A stretch of 11,790 nt of DNA from contig JBDLKA010000106.1 in assembly GCA_039714075.1 (NCBI GenBank), positions 1 through 11,790 on the forward strand, given 5' to 3'. Positions within the stretch are counted from its first letter, which is position 1. Each line of letters begins with the position of its first letter. Both the position numbers and the translations under genes were made by a program. Positions 6,948 through 11,790 of the stretch are shown here, piece by piece. This DNA comes from Candidatus Krumholzibacteriota bacterium (GTDB taxonomy: Bacteria; Krumholzibacteriota; Krumholzibacteriia; LZORAL124-64-63). The notes under the pieces are model-generated. The model saw only the letters and a list, made by a program, of their open reading frames with translations. It was not told the DNA's origin and did not search any database.

Positions 6948-8215
6948 GACGCCGCCCCTCCTGTCGACGAATTTGCAGAGGTGTCGATGGCGGGAAAGAG
7001 ACGGGAGTCCCCGAGCGCGGTCTTCAGGACCAGGGTGGCGGCGCCGACGGCCACCGACTGGGGGCCGAGTTTGCTGGCCAGGATTTCCGCCGCCGCGACC
7101 GAGCTGACGAGAGTGTGGGTTTGAACCCTTTCGCGCAGCGGCGCAAGCACCAGTTCGCCGAGCCGGGCCAGATCTCCGCCCAGGACCACCACCGCCGGGT
7201 TCATCAGGTTCAACAAGCCCGCCACGGCGGTGCCCAGGTGGGTGGCGGCTTCCCGGATGACCTCCAGGGCGAGCGTGTCCCCCGCCAGGGCCGCGTTTTC
7301 GATGTCGTGAACGGTGAATTTTTTTCCGGTCAAGGCGCTCTGGGGGTATTCGGACTCAAGTTCTGCGGCGCGGGCTTCCAGAGCCCGCCCTCCGACCAGG
7401 GTAACCAGGCATCCCCGCAGCCCGCAGATGCAGCGCTTTCCCTGGGGGTCGATGGAAATGTGCCCAATTTCGCCGGCAACCCCGGTAGCGCCCCGGTAGA
7501 TTTCCCCGCCGATGACATGTCCGGAGCCGATACCGGTGGCCACCTTGATGTAGGCGAGGTTGTCGGCGTCGCCGCCCAGGCCCCACCAGTGTTCGGCAAG
7601 GGCGCCCAGGTTGGCGTCGTTGTCGACCAGCAGGGGTACGCCGTATTTTTCGCTGAGCTCATCGAGACCGAGCCGTTCTTCCCAGGCGGGCAGAACGACG
7701 GTCGAGAGGCGGTCCGGATGCGAGGGGTCCACCGGGCTGGGCACCGCGACGCCGATTCCGACCAGGGGCCGGTGGACGGCGGCGGGGGCTTCGAGACAAT
7801 GTTTGCAAAGCTCGGCGATGACCTGGCGGGTTCCCGACGGATCGTTGCGCACGGGATGTTCCCGGGTCACCCACGCCAGCACCTTGCCGCGAAGGTTGGT
7901 CAGGGCGACAGCCACATGGGTGGCGCTCATCTCCACGCCGAGGATGACACAGACGTCGTCCTGGAATTCGATGACGATGGGACGGCGGCCGCCGCGGGAG
8001 GGACCCTCGCCGACCTCGGCGATCAGTCCCATGGGCAGGATCTCACTGACCACCTCGGATACGGTGGATCGGGAAAGGCCGGCCCGGCGCGCGATTTCGG
8101 CGCGGGAAATATGGCGTTCTTCCCAGATGAGCCGCAGCACCGCGTCCGCCAGGGGCCGCGGCCGGTCCGGGTCGGTTCTCCGTAGGCCTTTCCAGGTCAA
8201 GTTGTCGTTCTGCAT
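6944..8215 (-). CDS. ROK-family (NagC/XylR/Mlc-like) transcriptional repressor (423 aa)
   Basis: An N-terminal HTH (ISRAEIARRAGLSRSTVSEVV) and GGRRP linker precede ROK-domain motifs GIGVAVP, DNDAN, TGIGSG, AGEIGH, Zn motif CICGLRGC and NLMNP. Confidence 0.93.
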   Translation of the reverse strand: MQNDNLTWKGLRRTDPDRPRPLADAVLRLIWEERHISRAEIARRAGLSRSTVSEVVSEILPMGLIAEVGEGPSRGGRRPIVIEFQDDVCVILGVEMSATHVAVALTNLRGKVLAWVTREHPVRNDPSGTRQVIAELCKHCLEAPAAVHRPLVGIGVAVPSPVDPSHPDRLSTVVLPAWEERLGLDELSEKYGVPLLVDNDANLGALAEHWWGLGGDADNLAYIKVATGIGSGHVIGGEIYRGATGVAGEIGHISIDPQGKRCICGLRGCLVTLVGGRALEARAAELESEYPQSALTGKKFTVHDIENAALAGDTLALEVIREAATHLGTAVAGLLNLMNPAVVVLGGDLARLGELVLAPLRERVQTHTLVSSVAAAEILASKLGPQSVAVGAATLVLKTALGDSRLFPAIDTSANSSTGGAAS

Positions 8216-8257
8216 CCACCCTGTCCCTTCAATTAACAGATATGTGACGACCCGATA

Positions 8258-9694
8258 CTATTTGTGCCAGTAGACATTGTCCACCAGGACCGTCTCCGCG
8301 CGGGTGGGACCCGCCGTGGCGGTGCTTATGACCAGCTGTCCGATATTGGACCAGTCCCAGTCGTCCCAGGTGTAGCCCGGAATATCGGGGTTGATCTGGA
8401 AATCCGCGAGCGGGATGTCCAAAGGCATCCAGGCCCCCGCGTCGAAGGGCGGGACGGAAGTCGGGCCGAGCAGCAGGTCGTAGGTCTGGATCTTCTCGAT
8501 GCCGGGGTCGGCCGGGAAGGAGACCAGTTTGATCTTCAGGTCCGACCCGGCCGGAGCATAGACGTCCAGGTGGAGGTGCGTCATGTCGGAGGCGTCGATC
8601 GTCGGGTTCAGGAACTCGATGCCCACGTAGAAAAGATCCGAATACATCTTGGTGTCGTCTTCCGCGACGACATAATCCTGGAGATATCCTCCGTTGGACC
8701 AATTGGTTCGCCAGGTGTCGACCAGGACGTCGTCATAGGCGTTGCTGAACATGGAAACCACGTCGCCGGCGGGAAGACCGGGAGGTGTCGCGGCGGTTGG
8801 CGGCGGTGCGTACACCGTCACGTCGATATAACCGGTGGCGGGGACTCCCTCCAGTTCTGCGGTAATCCGCGCATTGCCGGGAGCCAGAAGATTGATCTCG
8901 ATGCCGGTCACGACCGCGACCGAGGGGTCCGAGGATAGGTAGTCGAAATAGTAGGGCGAATGTCCGACCGAGATTGTCGCGCCATCCACCATGAAGTCCG
9001 TAAAGGCGCCGCCGAGGGTCACCTTGGAGCCGACGAAGTATTTCTGTCTCCAGTAGCCCAGATCGGGATCCGGGTCGCTGATGTTGCCCAGTTTCGCGTA
9101 TCTTATCTCGTCGATCCAGATGTCGTAGCCGTCGGGGAAATTTTCGTCCGGAGCCTGGGCGAAGGTGAACAATCCCCGTTCGGCGATCAGCTTGGACGGC
9201 GCCGGGATGGGGATGATCACGAAGGTCCAATCACGTGTCAGATGGATTCCCAAACGTCCGACTTCATACCGTGAGGTGCCGGTGTTGTCGTTTCCGAAGC
9301 CGGTTGCCGCAAGTTCGAGCGGATTGTTGGCGCGGGCGTAGAATGTCAGGGCGTTGTAGCCGGACAGATCCCGTTTGCCCACCGAGGTGATGACGCCTCC
9401 GGTGAACAGCCCCAGGGAGGATCCGGTGGGGGGGATGTTGAACTTCAGGGAACGGTTTCCGTCGGGGGCAAACCCGTTGTACGAATAGACGGAGTCCATT
9501 TCAACGCCGGTATAATGAGTCCGGAAAAACGGCTGGAAGTAGACGTCCTCGCTGTAATCATCGTCGAAAACCAGAGGATCGTTGTTGGCGGAGGAGACCG
9601 GCAGATCGGTGGGGTTCCGGTCACTGCATCCGGTACCGAGAATCAGAAGGGATATCGCCGCCAGGGCGAACAGGTGGCTTCTGGACTGGTTCAC
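8258..9694 (-). CDS. Multi-domain lipoprotein, putative surface glycan-binding protein (CBM-like, Ig-like, Pro/Thr linker, CBM-like; 478 aa)
   Basis: The start was reassigned to GTG 9694 (GGAGG RBS 6 nt upstream), giving VNQSRSHLFALAAISLLILGTG-C with a lipobox. Module 1 has RDLSGYNALTFYARA...IWIDEIRY. An Ig group-2-like segment YLSSDPSVAVV...GNARITAEL and a PPPTAATPP linker follow. Module 3 has DVVSMFSNAY...IDASDMTHLHLDVY...WMPLDIPLADF...LVDNVYW. No catalytic GH motif was recognised. Confidence 0.75.
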   Translation of the reverse strand: MNQSRSHLFALAAISLLILGTGCSDRNPTDLPVSSANNDPLVFDDDYSEDVYFQPFFRTHYTGVEMDSVYSYNGFAPDGNRSLKFNIPPTGSSLGLFTGGVITSVGKRDLSGYNALTFYARANNPLELAATGFGNDNTGTSRYEVGRLGIHLTRDWTFVIIPIPAPSKLIAERGLFTFAQAPDENFPDGYDIWIDEIRYAKLGNISDPDPDLGYWRQKYFVGSKVTLGGAFTDFMVDGATISVGHSPYYFDYLSSDPSVAVVTGIEINLLAPGNARITAELEGVPATGYIDVTVYAPPPTAATPPGLPAGDVVSMFSNAYDDVLVDTWRTNWSNGGYLQDYVVAEDDTKMYSDLFYVGIEFLNPTIDASDMTHLHLDVYAPAGSDLKIKLVSFPADPGIEKIQTYDLLLGPTSVPPFDAGAWMPLDIPLADFQINPDIPGYTWDDWDWSNIGQLVISTATAGPTRAETVLVDNVYWHK

Positions 9695-9758
9695 TTTGCG
9701 CCTCCGCATGGTATACTGAATTCGAGTCCTTATGGCAGGCCGTCGGGCCATGACCGAT

Positions 9759-9783
9759 ACTTTGTAAGGTAACCGATCAAAGT
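9759..9783. promoter_or_regulatory. Palindromic operator 2, probable ROK repressor site
   Basis: ACTTTGTAAGGTAACCGATCAAAGT has perfect ACTTTG/CAAAGT ends and inner GG-N3-CC symmetry. It is 18/25 identical to operator 1. Confidence 0.72.
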
Positions 9784-9794
9784 TTGCCTGTCCA
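9766..9794 (-). promoter_or_regulatory. Predicted sigma70-type promoter for the lipoprotein-ROK-GH16 operon
   Basis: The minus strand reads TGGACA (9794-9789), a 17-bp spacer, then TACCTT (9771-9766). The -10 lies inside operator 2. Confidence 0.5.
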
Positions 9795-9845
9795 TGGCAA
9801 ATCCGTCTCATCCAATGGAAGCCTCTTCATTCAAGGAACCATTCC

Positions 9846-10553
9846 ATGCGCGTCAAAGCCATTGTTTTTCTCAGCCTGATCCTCCTGCTGATGTCCGTGG
9901 TGTCGTTTTCAGCCGAAAAACCGGATTCATGGCGCGAAGTGACCTTCCCCAGCCCCGACGGGGGAACCGTCTCGGCCGATCTTTACGGCGATGGTGATCA
10001 CGGAGTTATCCTGGCCCACGGCCGCATCTTCGACAAGCAGAGTTGGCGGCCCCTGGCGACCCGTTTGGCTCAGGAAGAAATGACGGCGCTGCCCATCGAC
10101 TTCCGGGGGTACGGGTCGTCGCAGCCGGGCGAGCAGGAAGGCGCCCTCCACAACGATGTCCTGGCCGCGATCACCTACCTGCAGGAAGCGGGGATGGAAA
10201 AGGTGTCCGTGATCGGAGGAAGCATGGGCGGTGGGGCGGCGGCCCGCGCGGCGGTCGCCTCCGAAGAGGGGGACATCCACCGCCTGATCCTGCTGTCGCC
10301 CGTTCCCATCGAGCATCCCGAAGAAATCCGGGCCGGTTCCCTGCTCTACGTCGTCAGCGCCGAAGAGGGCATGTTCGAGGCCGTGAAAAGCCAGTACGAA
10401 AAAGCACCCGAGCCCAAGCGGCTGGAGATCCTCCCGGGCGCCGCCCACGCCCAGCACATCTTCAAGACGAGCCTGGGGGACGACCTTAGTGAGCTGCTCA
10501 TCGGATTTCTGGATGGGGCGAATGAAGAGGTTTCGCCCGCACCTGCGGAATAA
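9846..10553 (+). CDS. Secreted alpha/beta-fold hydrolase (esterase-like, 235 aa)
   Basis: It has a signal peptide (MRVKAIVFLSLILLLMSVVSFSA), oxyanion segment ILAHG, DFRGYGSS, nucleophile elbow GGSMGG and a C-terminal His in GAAHAQ. An AAGGA RBS is present. Confidence 0.88.
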   Translation: MRVKAIVFLSLILLLMSVVSFSAEKPDSWREVTFPSPDGGTVSADLYGDGDHGVILAHGRIFDKQSWRPLATRLAQEEMTALPIDFRGYGSSQPGEQEGALHNDVLAAITYLQEAGMEKVSVIGGSMGGGAAARAAVASEEGDIHRLILLSPVPIEHPEEIRAGSLLYVVSAEEGMFEAVKSQYEKAPEPKRLEILPGAAHAQHIFKTSLGDDLSELLIGFLDGANEEVSPAPAE

Positions 10554-10568
10554 GACAGGTTGAATTCC

Positions 10569-10594
10569 AAAAGTGTCCCCGGGGACACTTTTTT
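10569..10594 (+). terminator. Perfect 24-bp palindrome; probable intrinsic (possibly bidirectional) terminator
   Basis: AAAAGTGTCCCC|GGGGACACTTTT spans 10569-10592 and the T-run extends to 10594. It lies 15 nt after the hydrolase stop codon. Confidence 0.7.
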
Positions 10595-10785
10595 GAGCCA
10601 AAATGTTTGTTTTCAATACTTTAGATTTTCAATATTCCATTGTGGAATTATGATAGGGGTATCCCATTTCAGAGGTAAAACAATAAAAAACGAGAAATTT
10701 TACCTGATATGGTTTATTTTATATCCCATCTTTTAAGTCGGTAATCCATTCGGCGCGAAAAACCACCACTGTTCCGGAGGCGACG

Positions 10786-11790
10786 ATGCAGGCGGGAACG
10801 ATGCTGGCCCATTATCGGGTCGAGGAAAAGATAGGCAAAGGCGGGATGGGCGAGGTCTTCCGCGCCCATGACACCAAGCTGGGCCGTGACGTGGCCTTGA
10901 AAATCCTGCCGCCCGAGTTTTCCCGGGACAGCGACCGCATGGCCCGTTTCGAGCGCGAGGCCAAGGTTCTGGCTTCGCTGCACCACCCGAACATCGCTTC
11001 CATCTTCGGCTTCGAATCAACCGGTGAATGCACTTTCCTGGTCATGGAACTGGTTGCCGGCGACGACCTGGCCGCTGTTCTGGCCAATGGCCCCTTGCCG
11101 GTGGATGAAGCCGTCGAAGTCGCCCGCCAGATCGCCGAAGGCCTGGAGGAAGCCCATGAAAAGGGCATCGTCCACCGCGACCTGAAACCCGCCAACGTCA
11201 AGCGCACGCCCGACGGCAAGGTGAAGGTGCTGGATTTCGGTCTGGCGCGGGCTTTCGCCGGCCAGTCCGCGGGGGAAGAGGCTGTTTCCAGCGCGCCAAC
11301 CATGACCGCGGCGATGACCCAGGTGGGCACGGTGCTCGGCACTGCGGCCTACATGAGCCCGGAGCAGGCGCGGGGCAAGGAAGTGGACCGCCGGGCCGAC
11401 ATCTGGGCCTTCGGGGTGATCCTGTTTGAAATGTTGACCGGCCGCCAGCTGTTCGTGGGCGAAACCGCCAGCGACACCCTGGCCGGGATCCTGAAGTCGG
11501 AACCCGAGTGGGAGGAGCTGCCGCCCGGTCTGCCGTACCAGGTCGAACGGGTGCTGCGGCGGTGTCTGGCCAAGGAACCGCGGCAACGATTGCGGGACAT
11601 CGGTGAGGCACGGGTCAGGCTCGAGGATCCGACCGCCGAATCGGGGCTGTTTTCGGGTCCAGTCGCCGCCATGCCGGATGCCGACGGCGGCGGAAGGTGG
11701 GGCAGGCTGTTGCCGTGGGGGCTGCTGGCCGTCAGTCTGGCGGCGGTCGCCTGGCTGGCGTGGGGCCAGTGGAGCAAACCGAAAACGGGC
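10786..11790 (+). CDS. Hanks-type Ser/Thr protein kinase with a transmembrane segment (truncated by the window edge)
   Basis: It is absent from the ORF track because no stop codon falls in the window. A GGAGG RBS (10776-10780) precedes ATG 10786. Manual translation gives MQAGTMLAHYRVEEKIGKGGMGEVFRA...VALKIL...RFEREA...HPNI...HRDLKPANV...KVLDFGLA...GTAAYMSPEQ...DIWAFG, followed by the hydrophobic stretch LLPWGLLAVSLAAVAWLAW. Confidence 0.95.
   Translation, partial: MQAGTMLAHYRVEEKIGKGGMGEVFRAHDTKLGRDVALKILPPEFSRDSDRMARFEREAKVLASLHHPNIASIFGFESTGECTFLVMELVAGDDLAAVLANGPLPVDEAVEVARQIAEGLEEAHEKGIVHRDLKPANVKRTPDGKVKVLDFGLARAFAGQSAGEEAVSSAPTMTAAMTQVGTVLGTAAYMSPEQARGKEVDRRADIWAFGVILFEMLTGRQLFVGETASDTLAGILKSEPEWEELPPGLPYQVERVLRRCLAKEPRQRLRDIGEARVRLEDPTAESGLFSGPVAAMPDADGGGRWGRLLPWGLLAVSLAAVAWLAWGQWSKPKTG

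Noticed and set aside
9695..9811. N-terminal extension of the 517-aa ORF
   Set aside because: It overlaps the operator and promoter. GTG 9694 with GGAGG gives a normal lipoprotein signal.
10714..11777. Cluster of minus-strand ORFs at the right end
   Set aside because: All are antisense to the Ser/Thr kinase, which explains the region.
1..11790. CRISPR arrays, tRNA/rRNA genes, transposases, integrases or defence genes
   Set aside because: I saw no regularly spaced repeats, RNA-gene signatures or mobile-element motifs, and nearly all the sequence is accounted for by the listed genes.

Overview
This is a GC-rich bacterial window, probably from an FCB-superphylum lineage (inferred from a NYPNPFNP/FlgD-type C-terminal sorting domain). 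About 9.7 kb looks like a beta-glucan (probably beta-1,3-glucan/laminarin) utilization locus. From left to right it holds a secreted putative carbohydrate-binding protein with a T9SS-like/FlgD-Ig tail (-), a cytoplasmic GH1 beta-glucosidase (+), and a ~1068-aa secreted protein fusing a clan GH-A catalytic domain to a ~600-aa predicted outer-membrane beta-barrel (+). Convergent on these is an operon (-) encoding a multi-module glycan-binding-like lipoprotein, a ROK-family repressor and a GH16 lipoprotein. The same imperfect 25-bp palindrome (idealised ACTTTGTTCGG-N3-CCGAACAAAGT) lies over the predicted promoters at both outer ends and is the likely ROK operator. No SusC/SusD, TonB-dependent or ABC transporter is visible, so the hydrolase-barrel fusion is the best candidate for a non-canonical uptake component. 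To the right are a secreted alpha/beta hydrolase, a perfect 24-bp palindrome, an AT-rich spacer and the 5' part of a membrane Ser/Thr kinase that the ORF track missed. All family calls come from motif recognition by eye; no searches were run.
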